This document shows, piece after piece, positions 31,725 to 41,346 of a stretch of DNA of 64,000 bases. Each line of letters starts with the position of its first letter. The stretch's first letter is position 1. Origin of the DNA: Candidatus Eiseniibacteriota bacterium (GTDB lineage: Bacteria > Eisenbacteria > RBG-16-71-46); the NCBI GenBank assembly GCA_963707915.1, contig OY970178.1, forward strand, positions 3,104,001-3,168,000, read 5' to 3'. Under the pieces are notes generated by a model. It was not told the DNA's origin. It worked only from the letters and a program-made list of their open reading frames with translations, and searched no databases. Position numbers and translations under genes: made by a program.

Positions 31725-31771
31725 GGAAGTCGTCGCTTCCTTCGTCGGCTCGCCATGGAGTCCTCCCCGCC

Positions 31772-32245
31772 ATGCTGCTCTCCGAGCTCCTCAATCCCGA
31801 CGCGATCTGCCTGCGCCTGAAGGGCCGCGCCAAGCGCGAGGTGCTGGTCGAGCTCGTGGACCTGCTCGAGGCCAGCCACGGCTTCGCGAGCCAGGGCGAG
31901 ATCCTCGACCGCGTGCTGCGGCGCGAGGCCATGATGTCCACGGGGCTCTTCCCCGGCGCGGCCATCCCGCACGGCAAGGCCCGCTCGGTGAACCGCATGG
32001 CGGCGGCCTGCGGGCTCTCGCCCGAGGGCGTGGATTTCGAGTCGGAGGACGGCCAGCCGACCCACCTGTTCGTGCTGCTGGTCTCGCCCGAGAACGCCAC
32101 CACGCCGCACGTGCGGCTGCTCGCGAACATCTCGCGCCTGCTCAAGGACGACGCCGTGCGCAAGGGCCTGCTCGAGGCGCGCAGCCCGGAGGAGTTCCTG
32201 GCGGTGATCCGGGGCGGCGAGAGCCCGTCCATCCCGCAGGGCTGA
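31772..32245 (+). CDS. PTS IIA (PtsN/fructose-mannitol type) protein
   Basis: REAMMSTG...AAIPHGK with the phospho-accepting His; HVRLLANISRLL. Confidence 0.88.
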   Translation: MLLSELLNPDAICLRLKGRAKREVLVELVDLLEASHGFASQGEILDRVLRREAMMSTGLFPGAAIPHGKARSVNRMAAACGLSPEGVDFESEDGQPTHLFVLLVSPENATTPHVRLLANISRLLKDDAVRKGLLEARSPEEFLAVIRGGESPSIPQG

Positions 32246-32270
32246 CACCCGGCCGGCGCCACCGGCCGCG

Positions 32271-32936
32271 ATGGGGGACACGGTGCACTTCCTCGACGCC
32301 TGGGCGGCGCTGCCGCTCCCCGAGCTCCTGCGCTTCGCCGTCCCGGCCGCGCTGCTGCTGGTCGCGGTGCTGGCGCCCGGCCGCGTGCCGGCGCGGCTCA
32401 CCGCGCTGGGGCTGGCGGCCGCGATCCCGTTCCTGCCCGGGTCGGGTGGTTCGGCGTGGGTCACGGCGGGCTGGGTGCTCCTCTGGCTGGCGATCGCCTG
32501 GCGGGCGGGGCGGCCCTCGTGGCGGGCGGGGCGCTCCGGCGCGCGGCTGGGGGGGATCGAGTCCGGCACCGTGGGGCTGCTGCTCGGGGCGTCGTCGCTC
32601 GCCTTGCTGCTCGCCGGCGTGGCCCGGCTCGACCTCGACGCCGCCGCGACGCGGCAGTGCTCCTTCGGCGTGCTGCTGGTCAGCCTGGGCTTCCTGCACC
32701 TCATGCTGCGCCGCCACGCCGTGCGGGCCGCCACCGCCTTCGCCGCGATGGGGCTCGGCCTGCAGCTCCTGCAGGCCGCGGTGCGGGTGGTGGCGACGGC
32801 CGGCAGCGCGCCCCCCGAGGGACTGCCGCTGGCCGCCAGCGCGCTGGCGGTGGCGCTGACGGTGCGCGTCGGCGCGGCGCGCCTGGCGACGGCCGGCTCT
32901 CCGTGGGTGAGCGAAGCCCACGACCTGCATGACTGA
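32271..32936 (+). CDS. Membrane protein, possibly HyfE/NuoK-like
   Basis: About 7 TM helices; short acidic C-tail (SEAHDLHD); first of three coupled membrane genes. Confidence 0.45.
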   Translation: MGDTVHFLDAWAALPLPELLRFAVPAALLLVAVLAPGRVPARLTALGLAAAIPFLPGSGGSAWVTAGWVLLWLAIAWRAGRPSWRAGRSGARLGGIESGTVGLLLGASSLALLLAGVARLDLDAAATRQCSFGVLLVSLGFLHLMLRRHAVRAATAFAAMGLGLQLLQAAVRVVATAGSAPPEGLPLAASALAVALTVRVGAARLATAGSPWVSEAHDLHD

Positions 32937-32939
32937 GCC

Positions 32940-34274
32940 ATGCGCCTCCTGAGCCACCTGTTCCCCGGTCCCCGCACCGCGGGCGGCCTGCTGTGCACGG
33001 CGGGCCTCGTGCTGGCCGTCCTGCCCGCGCGCTTCGCGCCGGCGCTCGGGATCGAGCTGCTCGCGGGCGGATTCTGGTGGTGGGCCCGCGCCAGTGACGA
33101 GCCCGCCTTCCAGGTCCCGCGCTGGCGCTGGCTGCGCCGGCCCGCGACCGCGCTGTGGCTGGCGGCCGCCATCGAGATGGCGCTGCCCGGGGCGGCCGGC
33201 GGTTTCGTGGTGCCGCCCGCCACGCTCGCGTTCTGGTCGCGGGTCGAGGCCATCGCGATCGTCTGGGCCGCGCTCGAGTTGCTGGCCGCGCTCCCGCTGG
33301 CGCGGCCGTTCTCGGACCTGCCGGGCCCGCTGGTCGGCACCGGCGCGTGGTTGCCGGCCCTGCTCCCCGCGGCCGGGTTCCTGCTGCTCTGGCGGTTGGC
33401 GCCGCGCTGGCTCGACGTGGACGAGGTGCGTGACGCGGCCGCCGCGCTGCTGTTGCTCACCGCGGGGCTGGCGGCGCTGCGGGCCTACGGGCGCCGGCGC
33501 TGGACCGCCGGGCTGCGCTGGCTGGTCGTGTTCGACGGCGCACTGGCCGGCGTGCTGCTGGCGAGCGGCGCGGTGCCGCCGTGGATCGCGGGCGTGCTGT
33601 GGGCCGGCGCCTGCGGCACCCACGCCCACCTGCTGGCCGGCGAGCTCGGCGGAGCGAGCGCACGTCGCGGCCCGGTGATGGCGATGTCGTGGCGCATGAC
33701 CTCGTGGATCTCGACCGCCGCGCTGGGCTGGCCGCTGCTCGCCGCCGCGGGCGGGCTGAGCGCGCGCCGCGCCGCGCTCGTGCTGGTCTGCGGGGGCGTC
33801 CCGGTCGCGCTCGCCTCGTGGGTGAACGTGGCCCGCCTGGTCGAGGCCCCCGAGCGCCGCTCGCTCGCCCGGCCGGTGTCGTGGTTCACCCCCACCCGCG
33901 TCGCCCCGGTCGTGCTGCTGGGCGGCGTGCCGCTGGCGCTGGTGAGTGCGTGGTGGGTGGGCTTCGCGCCGCGGCCGCTGTACGCGCTGCTCGCGCTGCT
34001 GCCCGCGGCACTGGGCGGGGCGCTCGGCCTGCTCGCCCTGCACGGCGCGGCGAGCGCCCGCGAGGCGCGCGCCGACCGGGTCGCCCAGCACGCCGCGCGC
34101 CGCCTGTTCCGCCTGGTGATCGGCCTCGAGCGCGCGCTGGTCGCGGGGGCGGGGCGCCTGGTGCGGGTGCTCGCCACCCCGCTGCGCGACCTGCACACCG
34201 GCGACGCCCAGGAGTACGTGCTGTTCCTGGTCGGCGTGGCCGTGCTCGCCATCCTGCTGCCGCTGATGCGATGA
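32940..34274 (+). CDS. Divergent NuoL/MrpA/HyfB-like membrane protein
   Basis: Polytopic; C-terminal amphipathic helix then LRDLHTGDAQEYVLFL, resembling the NuoL-type terminal TG...Y helix. Confidence 0.45.
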   Translation: MRLLSHLFPGPRTAGGLLCTAGLVLAVLPARFAPALGIELLAGGFWWWARASDEPAFQVPRWRWLRRPATALWLAAAIEMALPGAAGGFVVPPATLAFWSRVEAIAIVWAALELLAALPLARPFSDLPGPLVGTGAWLPALLPAAGFLLLWRLAPRWLDVDEVRDAAAALLLLTAGLAALRAYGRRRWTAGLRWLVVFDGALAGVLLASGAVPPWIAGVLWAGACGTHAHLLAGELGGASARRGPVMAMSWRMTSWISTAALGWPLLAAAGGLSARRAALVLVCGGVPVALASWVNVARLVEAPERRSLARPVSWFTPTRVAPVVLLGGVPLALVSAWWVGFAPRPLYALLALLPAALGGALGLLALHGAASAREARADRVAQHAARRLFRLVIGLERALVAGAGRLVRVLATPLRDLHTGDAQEYVLFLVGVAVLAILLPLMR

Positions 34275-35479
34275 GCGCGACCGCCCTGCTCGCCCGCCCC
34301 GCCCTGCCGGTGGCGCTCGCACTGGTCGCGGCCCTGCTGCTGGTCGCGTCGCAGCGCCGGCAGCGCCCGCTCTCCGGCTCGCTCGGCCTGCTGCTCGCGC
34401 TGGTGCCCTGTGCGCTGGTGCTCGCGCGGCTCGACGCGGCCGGCTGGATCATGGCCCCGCTGGTGGCCGCGCTCACCATCGCCGCGCTCGCCCGCGAGCG
34501 TCCCGACCCGCTGCCCGGCGAATGCGCGCTCAAGCTGGTCTGGGTGCTGGGGGGCGCCTTCGCCCTCACCGCGGTGGGGCTCGCGCTGCTGGCGCTCGCC
34601 ACCGGCGTGACCGCGCCGCGCGAGCAGTGGAGCGTGCTGCAACTCGGCCTCTCGCAGCGCATCGTCTGGGCGGTGGCGCTGCCGCTGGTGCTGCTCGCCG
34701 GCGTGGTGCTGCTGGGCGGGGCGCCCTTCCACTTCTGGGTGGCCGACCTGTTCCAGGGCGCCTCCGCCGCGCTGGTGCCGCTGGCGGTCGCGACCCTGCA
34801 GGGGCTGGGGGCGATGTGGCTGGTGCGGTGCCTCGCCGGGATCGAGGCGTTCGCGGACGGCGCCGCGCTGGCGGGGACGCTGCTGCGCACCGCCGCGGTC
34901 GCCGCGCTGCTCGCCGGCGCCGGCACGCTGCTCTTGCAGCGCCGGCCGGAGCGGCGGGTGGGCACGCTCGCGAGCCTGCAGGGCGGTCTCGCGCTGGCCG
35001 CGCTGGCCATCACCGCGGGGCGCGGCCCGCTGGACGCGATGGTCGCTGCCTGGCTGGTGCCCTGGGCCGCGCACCTGGCGCTGGCGCTCTCGGGCGCGGC
35101 GCTGCTCGCGCGCCTCACGCCCGCCGACCCGGCCGCGGGCGCGCCCGGCGGCCACCTGTTCCGCCGCCACCCGCTGAGCGCGTTCGCCGGGCTCTACGCG
35201 CTGTTCTCGCTGGCCGGCGTGCCGGGCACGCCCGGCGCCGCGCTCTGGCTCGAGATCGCGCGCGGGCTCGCGGCCGGCGGCCGCAGCGGACTGCTCGTCG
35301 CGCTCGCGCTCGGCTGGCTCGCGGCCTTCACCACCGCGATGCAGGCGCTGCGCGACGGGTTCGGCGCGCCCACCGCGGTGCGGCCGGAGCGCCGCGTGCC
35401 GGTGCCGGTGCGGGCCGCGCTGTGGGCGAGCGGCGCGGGGCTCGCGGCGCTGGGCGCGGCGCGGGCGCTGCTGCGATAG
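34271..35479 (+). CDS. Divergent NuoN/MrpD-like proton-antiporter-family membrane protein
   Basis: GAPFHFWVADLFQGA and LFSLAGVPGTPG motifs; ATGA overlap with the upstream gene. Confidence 0.65.
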   Translation: MSATALLARPALPVALALVAALLLVASQRRQRPLSGSLGLLLALVPCALVLARLDAAGWIMAPLVAALTIAALARERPDPLPGECALKLVWVLGGAFALTAVGLALLALATGVTAPREQWSVLQLGLSQRIVWAVALPLVLLAGVVLLGGAPFHFWVADLFQGASAALVPLAVATLQGLGAMWLVRCLAGIEAFADGAALAGTLLRTAAVAALLAGAGTLLLQRRPERRVGTLASLQGGLALAALAITAGRGPLDAMVAAWLVPWAAHLALALSGAALLARLTPADPAAGAPGGHLFRRHPLSAFAGLYALFSLAGVPGTPGAALWLEIARGLAAGGRSGLLVALALGWLAAFTTAMQALRDGFGAPTAVRPERRVPVPVRAALWASGAGLAALGAARALLR

Positions 35480-35676
35480 CCCGGGCCGGGGGAATGGGGG
35501 CTCCCCCGCGGGCGCAGGGCGAAGCGCCCCGGGAGCGCCGCGGCCGGGGGGCGCTCTGCCGCGTTCAGCGTGGCCATGCGGCATCCGGTCACATCGTGGC
35601 TGTGCCTGTCGGCTCGCTGCCGCAGGATCCCCGCAGGCGGAGGTCGGAGGGGCCGGCCGCCGGAACAGGAGGACGG

Positions 35677-36225
35677 ATGGACAGGAAGGCATTCCTCATG
35701 GGCATGTGCGGGCTGGGTGCCTGCAGTTGTGTCGCGGGTCTGCTGGACGCGCCGGCCGCGCGGGCGGCCGAAACGGCGGAGGTCCCGGATCAGCGGCTGG
35801 TGTTCGCGCGCTACCAGGTGGCCCATCTGGTCCGCTTCATGGCGGCGGGGCCCGCGGTGCCCGCCTGCACGGACGCCGTCGAGCGGACCGGCCGCGAGTG
35901 CGCGAAGCTCGGCGGACTCGGCGCGAAGTTCAAGGGCGACCCGCAGGGGTACTTCGAGACCGCCCGCAAGGCGTGGGGCACCGACTTCCAGTGGGACAAG
36001 GCGAAGGGCATCGTCACGGTCGCGGTCGCCGAAGGCCCGTGCGGCTGCCCGCTCGTCGACGTCAAGCGCACGCCGGCCTTCTGGTGCAACTGCTCGGTCG
36101 GCTACCAGAAGGAGATGTTCTCGGCGGTGTTCGACCGGCCGGTGCAGGCGACGCTCAAGGAGTCGAAGCTGGCGGGCGCGAAGCGCTGCGTGTTCGAGGT
36201 CCAGGTGGGTCCGTCGGCGGGATGA
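35677..36225 (+). CDS. Cys-rich exported protein (Tat-like leader; V4R/DUF6144-like)
   Basis: AGGAGG RBS; MDRKAFL leader; CGCP...WCNCSVG...RCVF. Confidence 0.55.
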   Translation: MDRKAFLMGMCGLGACSCVAGLLDAPAARAAETAEVPDQRLVFARYQVAHLVRFMAAGPAVPACTDAVERTGRECAKLGGLGAKFKGDPQGYFETARKAWGTDFQWDKAKGIVTVAVAEGPCGCPLVDVKRTPAFWCNCSVGYQKEMFSAVFDRPVQATLKESKLAGAKRCVFEVQVGPSAG

Positions 36226-36268
36226 GACCGGGAACGCGTCGCCGCACCGGTCGTCGCGCTCCTCTTCT

Positions 36269-36967
36269 TCACCGGGGGGGCGACTCCTTCGACCCGGTGA
36301 GTGACTTGCTCAGGACGACGTGCAGGGCGAGGTCCGAGGAGGCGCGCTCCGTGCACCGGTAGCCGAGGCCCGCCGTATCGATGCCGGCGAGCAGGTGCTC
36401 GCCGCGCCCGAGGAGCACCGGGGACATCACGAGATGCATCTCGTCGATCAGCCCCGCGGTGAGGTACTGGCGGACGGTGGCGACGCCACCACCGAGACGG
36501 ACATCCTTGCCGTGCGCCGACTCCTTCGCGCGCTGCAGCGCGGCCTGGATGCCCTCGGTCACGAAGTGGAAGGTCGTCCCGCCCTGCATGACGATGGGCG
36601 CGCGGGCGTGGTGCGTGAGCACGAACACGGGGACGTGGTAGGGCGGGTCGTCCCCCCACCATCCCTTCCAGTCGTCGCCGGCCCAGGGGCCCCGCATCGG
36701 CCCGAACATGTTCCGGCCGAGGATCCAGGCGCCGACGTTCTCGAAACCGCGCGCGGCGAACGCGTCGTCGACGTCCTCCCGGCCGACCGGGTCGCGGATC
36801 AGCGGCCCGGCGAACCCGGCGTGCATCTTCTGGAAGGTCTTCGTGCCGAAGACCCACTCGTGGAGCGCCATCCCTCCGACGCCCATCGGATCGGCGAGGG
36901 CCTGGTCAGGACCGGCGCCGAAACCATCGATCGAGATCGAGAAAGCGTTCACCCGGAGCCTGGACAC
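36269..36967 (-). CDS. Dihydrofolate reductase/RibD C-terminal family protein
   Basis: SISIDGFGAGP, GAWILGRNMF, PVFVLTHH, GGGVATVRQYL..GLIDE. Confidence 0.88.
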   Translation of the reverse strand: MSRLRVNAFSISIDGFGAGPDQALADPMGVGGMALHEWVFGTKTFQKMHAGFAGPLIRDPVGREDVDDAFAARGFENVGAWILGRNMFGPMRGPWAGDDWKGWWGDDPPYHVPVFVLTHHARAPIVMQGGTTFHFVTEGIQAALQRAKESAHGKDVRLGGGVATVRQYLTAGLIDEMHLVMSPVLLGRGEHLLAGIDTAGLGYRCTERASSDLALHVVLSKSLTGSKESPPR

Positions 36968-37072
36968 GGCGTGGATCCTCCCCGGCCTGGGTTTCGCCTG
37001 CGCCCCGCCCTTCCGGCGTGGCCCACGGCTTTCGATGCATCGGCCCCGGCCGCGGTTGCAGTTCTCCCGCCT

Positions 37073-38683
37073 TCAGGGTCCGAGCTTCTCGATGGCCGAT
37101 GTCGCCACCCAGAACACCTGGTTCCCGTTCTGGGTCGAATGGCGGTTGTAGAAGAGGTACTTCCCGTCGGGCGACAGATGGGCGCCGTACTCGTCGTCCG
37201 GGCCGTTGAACGCGTCGCCGAGGTTGACCGGCGTCGTCCAACCACCGTGCCCGTCGGTGAAGCTCGCGTACAAGTCGGTCCCGCCGTGCCCGCCGATGCG
37301 GCCCGAGTAGAAGACGAGGAAGTGCCCGTCGGGCGCGATGCACGGGTCGCCCTCGTAGGACTGCGCGTTGATGGGGGCGTCGAGCTTCTTCACCACCATC
37401 GCGCCGGAGGCGTCCCGATACGCCTTGTAGATCTGGTTGGCCAGCCCGGCAGGAGCCCGGCCGAAGTAGCGCGTGCCGTCGGTCATGACGCTGCTGCGGA
37501 CCTCGCGCTGCTCGCTGTTCACGGGGGGTGGCAGCGGCGCCGGCGGGCCCCAGCCCTTGTCCAGCCAGCTCACCTGCCAGAGATCGGGGGCGCCCTGCTT
37601 GATCGCGGTGAACGTGACGGTCCGGCCGTCCGCCGAGAAGACCGGCTCGCCGGTGAAGGCGAAGTCCGCGGCGAAGGGAACCTCCTGGAAGGCGCTCCAG
37701 GTGCCGCGCACGCACTCCGAGGAATACAGGCGGGAGTTCGAGTAGTCGGACGCGCCGACCGCCACCAGGCAGCGCCTGCCGTCGGGCGAGAACGAGATGT
37801 CCTCGACCCAGCGGCTCAGGCTGTCGAGGATCTCCGGGGCGAAGCGCACCGGCCGGTCCCCGGGGCGGGCCGCGCCGAAGTAGACGCCGCGGAGCGGGGC
37901 CGGCAACGGATGGATGACCGGAGGCTCGGTCGGGCTCGGGGCCGCGCTGGTGGGCGTGCCCGGATGATCGGAGAAGTACGCCGTCAGCGCGGCGATCGCC
38001 TCGGTGCGCAGGGGCATGACGATCTCGAGGTTCATGGCGGCGCTCAGCAGTCCGGTGGCCATCTCCTGCGTGAGCCGCCCGTCCGTCACCGCGGGATCGA
38101 GGCCCGCCTCGATGCCGGCGACCAGTTGTGCGGGCGTCGTCGCCTGGAGGTTGCCCTTCACGAGCTGCAGCGTGCCCTGCACGTCGGCGTGGGGGAGCGA
38201 GGCGAGGCGCTCGTCGAAGCGCTTGCGGAAGGCGGCGCGGAGGTCGTTCCCCGGTTCCGCGCTGGCCTCCAGGTAGGTGCCGGTGATCAGGCCCGTCAGG
38301 ACCCGGCCGACCGGGTTCTGGTTGAGATTGCGCACGCGCTCGATGCAGCCCACGGCGCCGTCGTGGTCCCGCTTCAGCAGGGCGACCGCGAGCAACGTGG
38401 TGTAGCTGCGCTGGATCAGGGAGCTGTCCGCGATGGCCGAGGCGGCGAGGTCCGCCCTGAGGTCCTTCTCCACCTGCAGGGCGAGCGCGAGCACCGCCGC
38501 ATGGTTCTGCAGCACCTCGCTCGGCTTGCCCTGGATCGTATACGCATGGGCGGGCAGGGTCGCGGGCGTGTTCTCGGCGGCCCGGGCCGGCGTCGCGGCC
38601 GGTCGGAGGCCGACGCCTGCCGTCACCGCGAGCACCGCGCAGATCAGAGCCGCCCGGCGTGTGAACGATCTTCCTTCCTTCAT
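37073..38683 (-). CDS. Secreted protein: helical N-domain plus PD40/TolB-like beta-propeller
   Basis: Signal-like N-terminus; FSPDG, FSADG, IAPDG and LSPDGKYLF repeats. Confidence 0.75.
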   Translation of the reverse strand: MKEGRSFTRRAALICAVLAVTAGVGLRPAATPARAAENTPATLPAHAYTIQGKPSEVLQNHAAVLALALQVEKDLRADLAASAIADSSLIQRSYTTLLAVALLKRDHDGAVGCIERVRNLNQNPVGRVLTGLITGTYLEASAEPGNDLRAAFRKRFDERLASLPHADVQGTLQLVKGNLQATTPAQLVAGIEAGLDPAVTDGRLTQEMATGLLSAAMNLEIVMPLRTEAIAALTAYFSDHPGTPTSAAPSPTEPPVIHPLPAPLRGVYFGAARPGDRPVRFAPEILDSLSRWVEDISFSPDGRRCLVAVGASDYSNSRLYSSECVRGTWSAFQEVPFAADFAFTGEPVFSADGRTVTFTAIKQGAPDLWQVSWLDKGWGPPAPLPPPVNSEQREVRSSVMTDGTRYFGRAPAGLANQIYKAYRDASGAMVVKKLDAPINAQSYEGDPCIAPDGHFLVFYSGRIGGHGGTDLYASFTDGHGGWTTPVNLGDAFNGPDDEYGAHLSPDGKYLFYNRHSTQNGNQVFWVATSAIEKLGP

Positions 38684-39130
38684 GCCTGAGAGAGCCAAGT
38701 CCATCCTCCTTGTCGGCACGACGATCACCTCGGAGTGAGTGGGGCGGAGCCGATCCACGGGCATCATAGCCCGCGACATCTGCGCGGATCGCGGGGAGCG
38801 AACCGATGGCCCGTCTTCCGGCACGAAACGCACGAATCGCGGCACGAGCGCGGGAGAAGAACTCTCCGGGCGCGAGTCCCCCGGGCGCATTCGCCGCAGG
38901 CGACGGCGGCGAATGCGGGATGGCGGGCGCCGGTGCGCGGTCCGGCGCCGCCCGGCACTGGAGCAGCCCGGTCGCGCCATTGTAGGCTCGGTCGCGTGCC
39001 GAAGGTGATCCGACGCGACTTCCCTCCGCGGGACGTCGCGTGGCGATGCGGCACACGACCGGGACCGACCCTTCCTCGAGCGTCCGCCGGATGGGCGGAG
39101 CGTCGGGGATCATGAAGCGGGAGGGGATGT

Positions 39131-40018
39131 ATGAAGCGCAGTCTCGCGGTTGCCGTGATGGCATTGGTCGAGTTGTCGGTGCTCCAGCCCGCGGCTGCGA
39201 CGTGGGCGGCGCCCTACCTGGGACAGAAGCCTCCGGGCGTCACGCCCCGCATCTTCGCGCCCGGCGTGGTCTCCACCGGCAACCTCCACAGCCGGCTGGC
39301 GATCTCGCCCGATGGCCGCGAGATGTTCTGGAACACCGTGGACACGACGACGTTCTCGACGCAACTGATGACGGTGCGGGAGGTCGGCGGTCGGTGGACG
39401 AAGCCGGAGGCCCCGTCCTTCGCGACCGCGGGTTCCACGCAATCGCCCCGGTTCTCGCCGGACGGCGATCGGCTCTACTTCAACACGCGTGCCGAGCAGG
39501 AATGGACGGCGGCGTTCGTGGAACGGCTCGCGTCGGGGTGGGGGGCGCCGCGTCGCGACGGCGTGATGCTGAGCAGTAGCTCGTCGTTCACGCGGTCGGG
39601 GAAGGTCTACCTGTCGTCGGGGATGGAGACCAAGATCTGGGGCACCGGGATCTTCTCGGCCCGGCTCTCGGCGGACGGCATCACCGACGCCGTGCCGCTG
39701 GACTCGGTGATCAACGTCCCGCACGCCATCGACTACACGCCCTTCGTGTCGCCCGACGAGTCCTTCCTGCTGTTCTCGTCGAACCGCCCGGTGGTCGGCG
39801 AGAAGGAGGACATGCACGTGCTGGCGAGCTTCCGCTCCACCGATGGGACGTGGTCGGTGCCGCGCCGCGTGAGCGAGATCCACGCCAGGTTCCCATCGCT
39901 CTCGCCCGATGGCCGCTATCTGTTCTTCTGCGGCGACGACGGCAACATGTACTGGGTGGACGCGAAGGTCATCGAGACCCTGCGGCCCGCTCGGAGTGCG
40001 GGCGCTACGCGGCGCTGA
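39131..40018 (+). CDS. Secreted PD40/TolB-like beta-propeller protein
   Basis: YLGQKPPG.TP.IFAPG.VS, ISPDG, FSPDG, VSPDE and LSPDGRYLFF motifs. Confidence 0.8.
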   Translation: MKRSLAVAVMALVELSVLQPAAATWAAPYLGQKPPGVTPRIFAPGVVSTGNLHSRLAISPDGREMFWNTVDTTTFSTQLMTVREVGGRWTKPEAPSFATAGSTQSPRFSPDGDRLYFNTRAEQEWTAAFVERLASGWGAPRRDGVMLSSSSSFTRSGKVYLSSGMETKIWGTGIFSARLSADGITDAVPLDSVINVPHAIDYTPFVSPDESFLLFSSNRPVVGEKEDMHVLASFRSTDGTWSVPRRVSEIHARFPSLSPDGRYLFFCGDDGNMYWVDAKVIETLRPARSAGATRR

Positions 40019-40108
40019 GGCGCACGGGCCCCCGCGCGCCACGTTCGATCCCGGCCAGGGCGGCGCACACGGCCCGGCCGGTCTTGCCTGGGCCGCGGAG
40101 GACGGCGA

Positions 40109-40924
40109 TCAGGAGCCGAAGCGTCGCTGCAGGTCGGCGTACGCGATCGCGCCGTCGAGGAAGCCGAGCGTCCCGGAGTCGAGCAGCTCCCGGCCGGCTC
40201 GCTCCAACAGGCTGAGCGAGGCTCGGGCCAGGCTTCCGCCCAGGCTGACCCGCTTGACGCCGAGCGAGAAGAGCGTGGGCGCGTCGATGGTGTTCGCCAG
40301 CCCGGCCACCACGTTGAGCGGGCCCGGGATGGCCGCGGCGAGCCGGCGGATCGTGTCCTCCTCGACGACGCCGGGCACGAAGACGCAGTCGGCCCCGGCT
40401 TCGACGTACCGGACCGCCCGCTCGACCGTTTCGGCGAACGCATCGCCGGTCGTGCCGGCGAAGTAGGTGTCGGTGCGGGCGTTCAGCACGAAGGTGCCCC
40501 TGGGCGCCGCGGCCCGGGCGGCCGCGAGCCGGTCGACGGCCTCATCGATGCTGAACAGCCCGCCCTTCCCGGAATCCTCGAGGTTGCCGCCCACCGCCCC
40601 GAGCTCCACGGCCCGGGCCACGGTGCGGCCGACGTCCTCCGCGGTGTCGCCGTACCCCGCTTCGAGGTCCGCGGTCACGGGCACGCCCACCGCGGCCACG
40701 ATGCGACCGACCTGCTCGAGCATCGTGTCGCGGTCCAGCGGTCCTCCGTCCGGGACTCCGCAGGACCAGGCGATGCCCGCGCTGGTCGTGGCGATGGCCG
40801 GGAAGCCGACCTGCTCGAGGATGCGGGCGGACCCGGCATCCCAGGCGTTGGGGAGCACGAAGCCGGGACCGGCGTGCAGGGCAAGCAGGGCGGCGGCCTT
40901 GTCGGTCGAAGGTCCGGTGGTCAC
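40109..40924 (-). CDS. Isocitrate lyase/PEP mutase family protein
   Basis: LPNAWDAGSA, ATTSAG, VTADLEAGYG, GNLED, NARTDTY, AGADCVFVPG. Confidence 0.9.
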   Translation of the reverse strand: MTTGPSTDKAAALLALHAGPGFVLPNAWDAGSARILEQVGFPAIATTSAGIAWSCGVPDGGPLDRDTMLEQVGRIVAAVGVPVTADLEAGYGDTAEDVGRTVARAVELGAVGGNLEDSGKGGLFSIDEAVDRLAAARAAAPRGTFVLNARTDTYFAGTTGDAFAETVERAVRYVEAGADCVFVPGVVEEDTIRRLAAAIPGPLNVVAGLANTIDAPTLFSLGVKRVSLGGSLARASLSLLERAGRELLDSGTLGFLDGAIAYADLQRRFGS

Positions 40925-41084
40925 GAGCCCCCCACGTCGATGTCGGTGTACGACATACCGCCGGGGAGCCGGGCGTACCCGCCTCCCCGGCCGAAGCGGA
41001 CCTCGACCGGGGCCGGCCGCGATGCGCGTGCCGCTTCCGTCGCTGCCGCGTCGTCGTCGTTCCAGTCTTCCGCGAGCACACCCC

Positions 41085-41116
41085 ATTGTTGGCGGCAGGG
41101 TTGACGTTGTCAACCC
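41085..41116 (-). promoter_or_regulatory. sigma70 promoter with an overlapping palindromic operator
   Basis: TTGACA-N17-AACAAT on the minus strand; perfect inverted repeat GGGTTGAC-gtt-GTCAACCC (41098-41116) over the -35 box. Confidence 0.6.
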
Positions 41117-41346
41117 GGAGTGTCCCCATTCCTCGGACCACCGGTCATGACAGGGGCTTCGGCGTGATGGGGTGGACCTCGGGCTTCATCGCCGCGCGGG
41201 GAACAGGTATCTTCGAAGCGCGGCGCCGCGACCGGGAAGACGCAGCTTCCGGCGCGCGCCGCCCGCATCTGGAACCGACGGGCGTCGCGCGGGATGATCA
41301 CCCGCGTCCCCCGGGGGCATCTGCATCATCTCGTCTGGAGGATGGT

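Noticed and set aside
31541..31771. M-box (ykoK) riboswitch before the Mg transporter
   Set aside because: No M-box consensus seen, and the putative promoter leaves too short a leader.
28919..33460. 1513-aa ORF suggesting an NRAMP-MgtE giant fusion
   Set aside because: Chimeric artefact of antisense GC-rich sequence, the NRAMP N-half and out-of-frame linker; the MgtE gene has its own RBS and ATG at 30208.
35512..35524. 13-bp match GCGCAGGGCGAAG to 55802-55814 as a distal island boundary
   Set aside because: Too short and GC-rich to be significant, and no tRNA fragment accompanies it.
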